The notes under the pieces: model-generated
Database searches by the model: none
What the model was told of the DNA's origin: nothing
Seen by the model: the letters and a program-made list of their open reading frames with translations, nothing else
Made by a program: the position numbers and the translations under genes
DNA from: Chloroflexota bacterium
Lineage (GTDB): Bacteria > Chloroflexota > Chloroflexia > QHBQ01
Direction of reading: 5' to 3'
Length of the DNA stretch: 34,263 bases
NCBI GenBank assembly: GCA_043754535.1
Contig: JAYUUN010000076.1
Span: forward strand, 1-34,263
Shown: piece by piece, positions 17,981 to 27,192 of the stretch
Layout of the letters: each line of letters starts with the position of its first letter
How positions within the stretch are numbered: the first letter of the stretch is position 1

Positions 17981-20621
17981 GATCGGTAGCACCCTGCTCC
18001 AACGCGAAGGCTACCGCCTTGTCGAAGGTGAGCGCACGGCCAGCCATCCATGCTTCGCCAAAGGCGGTATCCACCAGCCCAGTGCGCGCGGTGGTGATCT
18101 TCCGCACGTACTCTGCGTAATCTGAAGGGGCGATAGGAACGTTGATCTCCTCGCGCAGCACTTCCGCTGCGCCATAGAGGTGGGCCGCCCGCAGGGGCTG
18201 GCCGACCAGAGCGGCTATGCCCGCCAGCCCCTCGAAGGACAGGGCCACCCCCTCCTTCTCGCCCAACTCCAACTGGATCGCCATGCTCTGGTGATAGAAG
18301 TCGGTCGCCTGCGCGTAATCGCCCTCGTCGGTGGCGATCAGGCCGAGGTTGCTGTAGCCGTCAGCGATCCCCGCCTTGTTGCTCACGCGGCGTTCGATTA
18401 TAATGCTCTCCTCAAACAGCCGCCGGGCATAGCTGTAGTTGTGCAGGTCACGGGCGATCACGCCGAGGTTGTTGAGCGAACTGGCGATGCCATGCTCGTC
18501 GTTTAGTTCGCGCTTGATCATCAGACTCTCCTCGTGGTAGAAGCTGGAGGCTTCGAAGTCGCCCTCGACACGCGCCAGCACCCCCAGGTTGTTGAGCGAG
18601 CCAGCGGTACCGCGCAGGTCTTGCAACAACTGGCGCGTGACCAGGCTGCGTTCGTGGCACTCGCGAGCTTCGGCATACCTGCCGCGCAGCATCGCCAACA
18701 CGCCTGCGCCGTTGAGGGCTTTGGCCCGCAAGGGGCTGTCCTCCTCGCCACCCAGGGCCAGGGCCGCCATCAGCCAGCCTTGCCCCTGGGTTAGATAGCC
18801 ACGCGTACTCCAGAACCGCCAGGTCGCGCTGCTCAGGCGCAGGGCGCGCTGGCTATCGCCACGGCCTAGCAGCCAGCCGAGGACAGCACGGATGTTGTCA
18901 TGCTCCTCCTCCAGGCGGTTGAGCCAGGCTACCTGCTCGCCACCACTTAGTTGCCCCTCGGCTTGCTCGGCCAGGGCCACGTAGTAGTCGGCGTGGCGGT
19001 CGCGCAGCATCTCCGCCTCACCGCTCTGGGCTAGCTTCTCCTGCGCGTACTCACGGATCGTCGCCAGCATACTGAAGCGCAAGTTCTCGCCACCCACCTG
19101 GATGGACTGGCGGATCAGGCTTTTGTCCAGCAGCGAAGCGGTGTCGCCAAACACGTCGGGCAAGTCTTCGCCCGCACAGACCGTCTCGGCAGCCTCGATC
19201 CGCCAGCCCTCGGCAAACACCGCCAGCCGTGCAAACAGCCGCCGCTCCTCCTCACCCAGCAGGTCATAGCTCCAATCTATTGCCCCTCGCAGGCTGCGCT
19301 GACGGTCGGGCAGGTCGCGTGCGCCACTGGTCAGCACGACCAGGCGGCTGTCCAGGCGGGCAAGCAGGGTGGACGGGCTGAACAGCTTGATGCGGGCGGC
19401 GGCCAGTTCAATAGCCAGTGGCAGGCCGTCCAACCGCACACAGATTTCGGCCACGGTCGCGGCGTTCTCCGCAGTCAAGGCGAAGCTAGAGCGGGCGGCA
19501 GTCGCGCGGCTGACGAACAGGGCGACTGTTGGATAGGCGGCCAACTCTGCCAGCGGCGGCAGCGGTTGCAGACTGGGCAGAACCAGGGGCGGCACGGCAT
19601 ACTCGTACTCGCCATAGATACGCAGAGCTTCGCGGCTGCTGACGATCACCTTCAGGCGTGGCGCACTGGCAAGCAGGTCGGCCACCAGTGTCGCGGCGGA
19701 GACCACCTGCTCGAAGTTGTCCAGCACCAGCAGGATGTTACGGTTGCGCAGAAACTCGCGCAGGTCGTCGGCTACCGACTGCCCCAACCCCTCCTTCATG
19801 CCCACCGCCTGCACAATGCTGGCGGCCACCAGCCCAGGATCGCTGACCGCCGCCAATGGCACAAAGTACACGCCATGCTCGAACGCCTCGAAAGCGTCGG
19901 CGGCCACTTGCAGGCTAAGGCGCGTCTTGCCAGTGCCGCCCGGCCCGCTGAGGGTGAGCAAGCGCACATCAGGGCGGCGCAGCAAGGCAAGGTTGGTTGC
20001 CACCTCCTCCTCTCTACCGATGAACGAGGTGGACTGGGCGGGCAGGTTGTTGGGCCGGTCGTCCAGGGTGCGGAGCGGGGGGAACTCGGCGGGCAGGTCG
20101 GCAGCCAATAGCTGGTAGATGCGCTCGGCCCCATTGAGGTCGCGCAGTCTGCGTTCGCCCAGGTCGCGCAGAGAGACTCCCGCTGGCAGGTAGTCGCGCA
20201 CCAGTTGCTGGGCTGCTAGCGAGAGCAACACCTGCCCGCCATGCCCAATAGTGAGCAGGCGGTTGAGCCGATTGAGGGTGCTGGGCGCGAAGTAGTCGCC
20301 CCCCTGCCACTCTGCCGAGCCGCAATGCAGGGCCATACGAGCCTTGATCGCCCCCACTGTCCCCCATGGCTCGGTTAGCAACCCCCGCTGGCAAGCGAGA
20401 ACGGCAGCCAATGCGTCGGGCGTGGCTGCAAAGGAGGCACAGAAAGCGTCGCCAATCGTCTTGAACACGTAGCCGCCGTGCGCCTCGATCTGCTCGCGCA
20501 GGATTGCATCGTGGCGGGCCAGCGCGAGGCGCATCTCATTCGGGTACTGCTCCCAGAGACGGGTGCTACCCTCGATGTCGGTGAAAAGGAATGTCACTGT
20601 TCCGCTCGACGGCTCGTTCAA
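17973..20621 (-). CDS. Class III adenylate/guanylate cyclase domain + STAND (AfsR/NB-ARC-like) ATPase + TPR protein
   Basis: LFTDIEGSTRL, KTIGDAF, Walker A GPGGTGKT, Walker B LLVLDNFE, LDGLPLAIELAAA, TPR repeats SLNNLG. Confidence 0.92.
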   Translation of the reverse strand: MNEPSSGTVTFLFTDIEGSTRLWEQYPNEMRLALARHDAILREQIEAHGGYVFKTIGDAFCASFAATPDALAAVLACQRGLLTEPWGTVGAIKARMALHCGSAEWQGGDYFAPSTLNRLNRLLTIGHGGQVLLSLAAQQLVRDYLPAGVSLRDLGERRLRDLNGAERIYQLLAADLPAEFPPLRTLDDRPNNLPAQSTSFIGREEEVATNLALLRRPDVRLLTLSGPGGTGKTRLSLQVAADAFEAFEHGVYFVPLAAVSDPGLVAASIVQAVGMKEGLGQSVADDLREFLRNRNILLVLDNFEQVVSAATLVADLLASAPRLKVIVSSREALRIYGEYEYAVPPLVLPSLQPLPPLAELAAYPTVALFVSRATAARSSFALTAENAATVAEICVRLDGLPLAIELAAARIKLFSPSTLLARLDSRLVVLTSGARDLPDRQRSLRGAIDWSYDLLGEEERRLFARLAVFAEGWRIEAAETVCAGEDLPDVFGDTASLLDKSLIRQSIQVGGENLRFSMLATIREYAQEKLAQSGEAEMLRDRHADYYVALAEQAEGQLSGGEQVAWLNRLEEEHDNIRAVLGWLLGRGDSQRALRLSSATWRFWSTRGYLTQGQGWLMAALALGGEEDSPLRAKALNGAGVLAMLRGRYAEARECHERSLVTRQLLQDLRGTAGSLNNLGVLARVEGDFEASSFYHEESLMIKRELNDEHGIASSLNNLGVIARDLHNYSYARRLFEESIIIERRVSNKAGIADGYSNLGLIATDEGDYAQATDFYHQSMAIQLELGEKEGVALSFEGLAGIAALVGQPLRAAHLYGAAEVLREEINVPIAPSDYAEYVRKITTARTGLVDTAFGEAWMAGRALTFDKAVAFALEQGATDLV

Positions 20622-20677
20622 CCTGATCCTCGTATCTGCCTTCCACTAGGGCTGCCCCCCATGTAAGAGAGGTTACT

Positions 20678-22267
20678 TCACTTGCGCTTGTACAGCGCGT
20701 AGCCAGCCCGCTGATCCAGCAGTTGCCAGGCGGGGTCGGCCTTCGCCTGGGCCAGCACCGTTTGCTGCTTTGGCTCCCCGTAGTTCGTATCCAACAGCAG
20801 GTAATCCGCCTTCGCTAGCGGGTCAAGGGCGTAGTGCTGGTCGCTCTGAGCCAGCCAGAGGCCAGCCCGTGGCGCGACGTGGGGAGCCAGGGCGTTGCCC
20901 ACCGCCAGCGGCGCATCCGCAGGCACTTGCGCGATCAGCGGGCTGGCAGCCTGCCACTTCGCGGTCGCGTTCAGCCCACGCAGGTTCGCCAGCACCTCGC
21001 TCTCCTGCGTCACCCCAAGACCGACGTTCAGACCTACAGTTATTATAAACGCTATGGCAAGCCCGGCTACCGCCAGGTGGGGTCGCCGGTCGGGAGGCAG
21101 CCGCCGCCACCAACCACGCCCCTCGCGCAGGTCGGCCAGCACCCCAATCAGGGCGTAGATGAAGAAGACGGCGATGAACACCTGATAGTAGGAGTGCCAG
21201 GCGCGCAACTGCACCGAGCGGCGCGAGAGGATGTTGAGTAGCAGGGCAGGCAGAGCGGGCAGCAACCGCAACGGGCGCAGCAAGGGCAGGAAGGCTAGCG
21301 GCAGCAACAACTGTAGCAGATAAGTCACCACCTCCGCCAGCGAGTGGTTGGCAAAGAGGTTGAGCGGGTTGCTGATCAGGCTGCCTGCCACCGCTCCCAG
21401 GCTGCTACCCAGCGCACCGTAAGCGTCCTGCGCCACGACCAGCCTACCACCTGCGAAGGCTGGCACGATCAGCAGGCTGGCGGCGAAGAACCAGGCCAGG
21501 CCAACCACAAACAGGCCAAGCGAGTGCCGCCACCGCTCTACTGGCAGGAAGGCAGGTAGACCACTATTAGCACTGTCGATCAGGTTCAGCCGCCCTGTCG
21601 GGGGCGGTTCGCGTTCTAGCAAGGTGTAGAGGCCGTAGGCGGCCAGCACCAGCCCCAGTTCGCTGCGTACCAACAAAGTAAAGATCGCAGCCAGCCAGAA
21701 CAACCGCCAGCGTCGTCCCTCAAAGAAGTAGATGCAGAACAGCAATCCAGTCGCGGCAAAGGGGCGGAAGGCAGACTCGGTCAGGGCGGCGTTCTGCACC
21801 GGCAGGTAGAGCAGGTAGAGGATCGCCAACCCCAACCCCCACCAACCGCCCAGGCTGCGGCGGGCGATCAGGTAGACGGCTAGGCCGCCCAGGCAGGTGA
21901 CGACCGCCTGCAAGACAAGCAGGGTAAGCGGTGAGGGAAAGAGGGCGTAGAAGGGCAGACTGAGGATGATCGGCGAGATGATCAGGTCGGTGCCAAGCAA
22001 TGTACTGCTGAACTCCGTCGCTGAGACCGCCCAGGGCTGGCCGTGCAGCGTATTCCAGACGGCCTGCTGGTAGAAGGCGAGGTCGAAGCCCATCGTATTG
22101 AACTTGACCGCCGCCGCCACGCTGATCGCTACGCTGGCAAGCAACAGCAGCAACAGGGTGATGGCAGATTGTAGATCGTAGATCGTAGATCGGCGGGCGG
22201 GCTGTTTGTCTGCTTGCAGTGCTAGTTCTGCCATTATCCTCACCCAAGCATCTCCAGCGACTGTCAC
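20678..22267 (-). CDS. DUF2079-like polytopic membrane protein (putative GT-C glycosyltransferase)
   Basis: GFDLAFYQQAVWNTLHG, YALFPSPLTLLVLQA and many TM helices. The GTG start overlaps the epimerase stop, with ATG 22234 as an alternative. Confidence 0.75.
   Translation of the reverse strand: MTVAGDAWVRIMAELALQADKQPARRSTIYDLQSAITLLLLLLASVAISVAAAVKFNTMGFDLAFYQQAVWNTLHGQPWAVSATEFSSTLLGTDLIISPIILSLPFYALFPSPLTLLVLQAVVTCLGGLAVYLIARRSLGGWWGLGLAILYLLYLPVQNAALTESAFRPFAATGLLFCIYFFEGRRWRLFWLAAIFTLLVRSELGLVLAAYGLYTLLEREPPPTGRLNLIDSANSGLPAFLPVERWRHSLGLFVVGLAWFFAASLLIVPAFAGGRLVVAQDAYGALGSSLGAVAGSLISNPLNLFANHSLAEVVTYLLQLLLPLAFLPLLRPLRLLPALPALLLNILSRRSVQLRAWHSYYQVFIAVFFIYALIGVLADLREGRGWWRRLPPDRRPHLAVAGLAIAFIITVGLNVGLGVTQESEVLANLRGLNATAKWQAASPLIAQVPADAPLAVGNALAPHVAPRAGLWLAQSDQHYALDPLAKADYLLLDTNYGEPKQQTVLAQAKADPAWQLLDQRAGYALYKRK
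22165..22192. repeat. Heptamer tandem repeat (TAGATCG)x3 plus one degenerate unit (CAGATTG)
   Basis: cagattg tagatcg tagatcg tagatcg read directly. Lies within the 5' coding region of the DUF2079-like gene. Confidence 0.9.
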
Positions 22268-23385
22268 TTCGTCAGCTTATGGGCGGCCAACTCGGCGTGG
22301 GCTTGCTCGGCAGCGTCCACCGGCTGCTGCTGGCGCACCCAGGCTAGCAGTTCATCAACTCCCTCCTCGAAGCGCACTCCAGGGCGGAAGCCGAGCGTTT
22401 GGCGTATCTTGCTGATGTCAGCGTAGCAGTGGCGAATGTCGCCAGCCCGGAACTTGCCGGTGATCACCGGCGTGGTCTCCACCCCCAACCCCACCGCCAG
22501 CTTCTGAGCCACCTCGACGATGGTTAGCGGGCGGCCCGTGCCAACATTGAAGACCTCGTAGTTCGCCTCTGGCTTCTCCAAAGCCAGCATATTGGCCTGC
22601 ACAATGTCGCTGATGTGGATGAAGTCGCGCATCTGCTGTCCATCCTCGTAGATCAGCGGTTGGTTGCCGTTGAGCAGCCGCCCACTGAAGATCGCTGCCA
22701 CCCCGGTGTAGGGGTTGGAGAGAGCCTGGCGTGGGCCATAGGCGTTGAAGTAGCGCAGGGCGACGGTGGGCAGGTTGTAGGCACGGCCCACCGCCAGACA
22801 CATCTCCTCCTGGTCGCGCTTGTTGATCGCGTAGACCGAGGTGGGGTAGAGCGGCTTCTCCTCGTTGGTCGGGCGAGAGACTAGTTCGCGGCCACAGTGG
22901 GTGCAGCGCATCTCCCAACGATGCTCCTCAAGCTGCTGCTCTGGCCGCAAGCGGGCGTTAATTGGCCCGCAATGGGGGCAGAGATAGCGGCCCTCGCCAT
23001 AGATGGACATGGAGGAGGCCACGATCAGCTTCTCCACACTATGCGGCTCGTTCGCCAGCAACTCTAGCAGCAGGGCTGTCCCCATCACGTTGGTGTCGGT
23101 ATAGCGGGTGATCTCGTACATGGACTGGCCTACGCCCACCTCGGCGGCTTCATGAAAGACCACGGCCACCCCGTCCAGAGCGCGACGCATATCCTCGCGC
23201 TGGCGCACGTCGCCGCGCATGAACTCGACCCCGGCAGGCAAGTACTGCGGCACAGCTTCTTTGCCATGCACCTGCTCGATCAGGGCATCCAGCACTCGCA
23301 CCTCATAGCCCCGCTGCACCAGCGCATCTACGATGTGCGAACCAATAAACCCCGCCCCACCAGTCACCAACACCTTTTTGGACAT
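22264..23385 (-). CDS. NAD-dependent nucleotide-sugar epimerase/dehydratase (extended SDR)
   Basis: TGGAGFIG, SSMSIYG, YAINK, LRYFNAYGP, RDFIHI. CPHC...CTHC insertion. Confidence 0.93.
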   Translation of the reverse strand: MSKKVLVTGGAGFIGSHIVDALVQRGYEVRVLDALIEQVHGKEAVPQYLPAGVEFMRGDVRQREDMRRALDGVAVVFHEAAEVGVGQSMYEITRYTDTNVMGTALLLELLANEPHSVEKLIVASSMSIYGEGRYLCPHCGPINARLRPEQQLEEHRWEMRCTHCGRELVSRPTNEEKPLYPTSVYAINKRDQEEMCLAVGRAYNLPTVALRYFNAYGPRQALSNPYTGVAAIFSGRLLNGNQPLIYEDGQQMRDFIHISDIVQANMLALEKPEANYEVFNVGTGRPLTIVEVAQKLAVGLGVETTPVITGKFRAGDIRHCYADISKIRQTLGFRPGVRFEEGVDELLAWVRQQQPVDAAEQAHAELAAHKLTK

Positions 23386-23426
23386 GAAGCACCTCTCAAC
23401 TTTTGTTCTGCTGTAGCTGCTGGCTT

Positions 23427-23435
23427 ATTATAGCA
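23427..23435 (-). promoter_or_regulatory. Extended -10 promoter for the epimerase operon
   Basis: TGCTATAAT on the minus strand. Confidence 0.55.
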
Positions 23436-23500
23436 TAGCCAACAAGTACCATGCCAGGGGCATGACCTTTTGTAGCCGATTATGGTGGCGGGCAGGGCAA

Positions 23501-23534
23501 GAGGGAGAGGCAAGCCGCAGCCTGCCTCCCTCTC
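23501..23534 (-). terminator. Possible terminator after the SLH protein gene
   Basis: Minus-strand stem GAGGCAGGC-tgcg-GCTTGCCTC, extendable, with a weak U-tract. Confidence 0.45.
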
Positions 23535-23556
23535 CCCCCCTACGCTATATTAGCCG

Positions 23557-26500
23557 CTAGTTGCTCTCGATGGCGCGGCGGACAACCTTGGCGAGTTCGC
23601 CGCGCTTGATGTTGTCGTTGGGCCGGAAGCAGAGGGTGCTACCCCCACTGCAAGTTGCGCCGCTGATGATCGCCCGCTGGTAGAGGGTTTCGATAGCCAG
23701 GTAGGCGAAGTTATTGGCTGGCACGTCGCTGAAGCTGGGACTGGCGGGCGTAAAGTCGGGGTAGTTGCGCGCCCGTTTGGTGATCACCGCCACCTGCGCC
23801 CTGGTGATCAGCACGTTCGGCCCGTAGCAGGGTGGCTGCACGCCGAGGGCCACACACTGGCCAGCCGCCAGCCCGTTGACCGCCCCTGCATGGCTGGCGG
23901 CCTCGATGTAGGCGTAGAAGATGCTACCACTCGCCACGTCGGTGAAGCTGGGCGTGGGCGGGGTGTAGGCGGGTAGGGCGAAGGCCAGCGTAGCCACTTT
24001 GGCGAACTGACCACGCGTAGTGTTGGTATTCGGCTCGTAGCGGTAGCTGCCAGGCGGGGTGAGGTTGGGGAAGCCGCCCACTAGCCCACGACAGGCCAGG
24101 TACTGGATGTCGCCGTAGAAGATGCTATTCGTCGGCACGTCGGTGAAACGCGAAGTGCAGGTGGTGGCGGTAGCAGTTGGCGTGCTGGTGGTCGGCGTGC
24201 TGGTTGGGCTGGCAGTGGCAGTGCTGCTGGCTGTGCCAGTTGCCAGCGGTGTGTTGGTCGGTACGCCAGTAGCAGTGCGGCTGGCAGTGGGTGTGACGCT
24301 GGGGGTATTGGTCGGTGGGACGGTGGCGGTGCTGGTCGGGGTGGGGGTGGGGTTGCTAACCAAGCCGTTGTTCGGGCTGATCAAGAAGTAGTCGAAGTCG
24401 GCACGCACTGCGGGGGCAGAAGCGAGGCCGCTGTTGGCGTAGAGGCCAACCTGTACCTGGCCGAGGTATGCGCTGCGGGTTACAGGCACTGTCGTCCAGG
24501 TTGCGCCGTCGTAGCTGTAGGCAGCAGTATAGACGCTAGTGAGGAAGGTTTCGGTGGGCGTACCAGCCGCAGGCTCCAGCAGTTGTCGCCCCTTGCTTAG
24601 TTGCAGGTAGACAGTGGGGCTGAGGGTAGGATTGTCGGCGATCAGTACGTTCTGTAGTTCGGTGCCGGTCAGCACGCTGCGGAGCATCAGGTAGTTGCCA
24701 CCGCTATAGACGCGAGCGAAGGTGAAGTTGTTACTTGCGTCCTGGTAGGCGGCTAGGCCAGCTTGCTGCTGGGCTGCGGTCGGGTTGAAGCTGAGCGAGG
24801 TGGTAATCGTCCAGGCCGCCGCGTCGCCACCGAGCGGCCACTGGGCAAGGAAGTTGGCGGCATAGCCGAGCGTATTGCTGGGCTGGTTAGTGGTGGTGAT
24901 ATGCAGCGCGCCCGCCGAGAGGCTGTAGTTGCTGGGCAGTGGGTTACGCACATACCAGTGGCTGCCGAGGCCAGGCAAGCCAAACTGGTCGCTACGGGTA
25001 AAGCCGGGGGCGTAGGCGAACAGCTTGCCGCTCGTCGCTGGGATGTACATCTTGCCTGCGCCAATCGCCGCCCCGCCGTAGATCGTCTGCCAGCCCAGGC
25101 TGGTGTTAGTTACAACCTTGCTAGTGTAGAGCAGTTCGCCAGTTTCGCTGTCGCGTAGTTGCGTCTCCCAGGCAGCCCCCACCTGCACCACACCGGGCGC
25201 GCCCGTCACTGGGGCGAGAACCATGCCCGCAGTTCGCAGGCAGTTACCCTGACTGTCTGGCTCACAGTTGGCAGCCGGGTAGAGGTCGGGGGCAGTACCC
25301 TTGCGCCAGAGGAAGTCGGTGGCGGTCGGCACGTCGAGCGCGCCGAGCGAGCCGCCAACATTGAGGCCGTCGAGTGCCGTCTTCGGCCCAGCCACGTAGA
25401 GGCGGCCATTGTAGAAGCCTGCGCTGCTGAGATCGCCATAGCCACCCTGCGGCGGGCCATTGGGCCGTGAGATCTGGGTGGTGCTGATTGGCCCAGCCGC
25501 GATGTCCGCCGTGTCGAAGATGTAGAGCTTGCCGTTCTTGTTGATCGTGGCAGCATAGTTGCGCCCATTCTTGCTGAACAGGTCTACGCTGGTGCCAAAG
25601 TCGGGGTCGTAAGTGAGGTCGGCGAAAGGCAGCTTCCAATGGGCGGTGGGCGTGCTGATATCGCTGATGCTGAACTTGAGGATGGCTTCGGTGTAGTAGA
25701 GCCTGGCCGCTCCGGTGCGCGAAATCACCGTCTCATCGCGGTTGCCAGTGACGACGACGATGGAGTTGGTGGCCGTCTCAATCGAGGGTGAAGTCCAGAT
25801 GCCACCGCCGACTGCGCTAGGTGGCGTGGTGTCGGGTACGGCGAACTGATCCTGGAGTGCGCCGCTGTTTGCATCCAGCTTGAGCAGGCGACCACGCACC
25901 AGCGGGCAGTCGCCGTAGGAGGCCACCCCGACGTAGACCGAGCCGCTGTAGACTACTGGTGACGACCAGTTGTAGTTACCATTGTAGGTGGTGCTGGTCG
26001 GGTACTGGGTCGAGGTCATGTAGGCGGTGTTCCACTTCCAGCGCAGCGAGAGGTCGGCGGTATTGAGGGCGTAGAACCAGTTGTCGGCCCCGCCCACGTA
26101 CACTGTGTTGCCTGCCACCGCCGCCCCGCTGCTAACCCCACTGCGGCTAGGATTGCAGCCGCTAGTGCCGGTGTTCAGGTAGCCGAGGTTGGTACTGGCG
26201 AGGGTCTGCCCGGTGTTTGCGTCGAGCTTGAAGAAGTTGGGCTGGGTGGTGCTGCTGATCCAGTTGCCAATGTACAGCGCACCGTCGGCCAGGGCAGGTG
26301 CAGCGACGATGGGGGCGTAGCCGGTGCCAGCGGTGGTGTCGCTGATCCAGAGCGGGCGCAGGCTGCTGGCGGTGGTCTGGTTGATCGTCGCTTCAGCGAG
26401 GTTGAACGACTGGTGCGCCCCACCATTCATGTAGGCGGGCCAGTCGTCGGTCTGCACCGTCGGGCCGAAGCGGGTGCTGCTGGTGGCCTGGGCATAGCCG

Positions 26501-26571
26501 ACGGTCAACAACAGAGCCGCCAGCCCGCCAAGCAGCAGCAGGAGGGTACTAAAGCGTGGGTCTCTCCGCAT
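23557..26571 (-). CDS. Secreted PQQ-like beta-propeller + ConA-like beta-sandwich + Thr-rich linker + SLH domains
   Basis: Signal peptide. DWPAY..G, WSSPVV and GGGIWTSP repeats. QQAGL..YQD / VGLYA / ADFDYF sandwich motifs. SLH motifs FTDVP, TRGQFAK, TRAQVA, KRGELAK. Confidence 0.85.
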   Translation of the reverse strand: MRRDPRFSTLLLLLGGLAALLLTVGYAQATSSTRFGPTVQTDDWPAYMNGGAHQSFNLAEATINQTTASSLRPLWISDTTAGTGYAPIVAAPALADGALYIGNWISSTTQPNFFKLDANTGQTLASTNLGYLNTGTSGCNPSRSGVSSGAAVAGNTVYVGGADNWFYALNTADLSLRWKWNTAYMTSTQYPTSTTYNGNYNWSSPVVYSGSVYVGVASYGDCPLVRGRLLKLDANSGALQDQFAVPDTTPPSAVGGGIWTSPSIETATNSIVVVTGNRDETVISRTGAARLYYTEAILKFSISDISTPTAHWKLPFADLTYDPDFGTSVDLFSKNGRNYAATINKNGKLYIFDTADIAAGPISTTQISRPNGPPQGGYGDLSSAGFYNGRLYVAGPKTALDGLNVGGSLGALDVPTATDFLWRKGTAPDLYPAANCEPDSQGNCLRTAGMVLAPVTGAPGVVQVGAAWETQLRDSETGELLYTSKVVTNTSLGWQTIYGGAAIGAGKMYIPATSGKLFAYAPGFTRSDQFGLPGLGSHWYVRNPLPSNYSLSAGALHITTTNQPSNTLGYAANFLAQWPLGGDAAAWTITTSLSFNPTAAQQQAGLAAYQDASNNFTFARVYSGGNYLMLRSVLTGTELQNVLIADNPTLSPTVYLQLSKGRQLLEPAAGTPTETFLTSVYTAAYSYDGATWTTVPVTRSAYLGQVQVGLYANSGLASAPAVRADFDYFLISPNNGLVSNPTPTPTSTATVPPTNTPSVTPTASRTATGVPTNTPLATGTASSTATASPTSTPTTSTPTATATTCTSRFTDVPTNSIFYGDIQYLACRGLVGGFPNLTPPGSYRYEPNTNTTRGQFAKVATLAFALPAYTPPTPSFTDVASGSIFYAYIEAASHAGAVNGLAAGQCVALGVQPPCYGPNVLITRAQVAVITKRARNYPDFTPASPSFSDVPANNFAYLAIETLYQRAIISGATCSGGSTLCFRPNDNIKRGELAKVVRRAIESN

Positions 26572-26585
26572 GGTTCTTCTCTCTC

Positions 26586-27116
26586 TCAGCGCGTGATTTC
26601 GATGTCCAGGTAGTTGTTGATTCGATTGAAGTAATTGAAGATGGCGGCGGCGCAGACGATCTCCACGATCTGCCCCGCGTCGTAGTGCTGGCTCAACGCC
26701 TGCCAGGTCTGGTCGTCCATGTGCGTCTCCGGCTGGCGGGTGATCTGCTCGGCCAGGCGCAGGGCAGCCTTCGCCGCCGCGTCGAACTCTGCGCTCTGCT
26801 CAAAATCGGCCAGAGCCGCCAGTTGCGCCTTGCTGCCGCCCAGCCGCTCTACCAGCGCAGAGTGTGAGGCAATACAGTAAGCACACTGGTTTAGCTGCGA
26901 AACGCGCACGGCGATCAACTCCTTGAGCAGGGCTGGCACTGTCCCTCTACTCATCACTGCCGCCTGCTGGGCCGCGAGGGTGCTGGCGATCTCTGGGCGG
27001 TGCGCGAGGGTGCGGTACATATTTGGCACATTGCCACGGGCCTGCTGGAAGTTGTCGAACAACGCGCCGGTCTGTGCGTCGGCTTCTTCACGGTTGATCG
27101 GGCGGATACGGGGCAT
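26586..27116 (-). CDS. Carboxymuconolactone decarboxylase/AhpD-like peroxidase-related protein
   Basis: LKELIAVRVSQLNQCAYCIASH (CxxC). Start ATG 27116 has SD GAGGAGG and an upstream TGCTATAAT at 27145-27153. Confidence 0.88.
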   Translation of the reverse strand: MPRIRPINREEADAQTGALFDNFQQARGNVPNMYRTLAHRPEIASTLAAQQAAVMSRGTVPALLKELIAVRVSQLNQCAYCIASHSALVERLGGSKAQLAALADFEQSAEFDAAAKAALRLAEQITRQPETHMDDQTWQALSQHYDAGQIVEIVCAAAIFNYFNRINNYLDIEITR

Positions 27117-27144
27117 GGGGCTTCCTCCTCTACCTGTTTGCTCT

Positions 27145-27153
27145 ATTATAGCA
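27145..27153 (-). promoter_or_regulatory. Extended -10 promoter
   Basis: TGCTATAAT on the minus strand. Confidence 0.55.
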
Positions 27154-27192
27154 GGCAAAGGAGCATGATGATAGGTAACTAGTACCAAAGGG

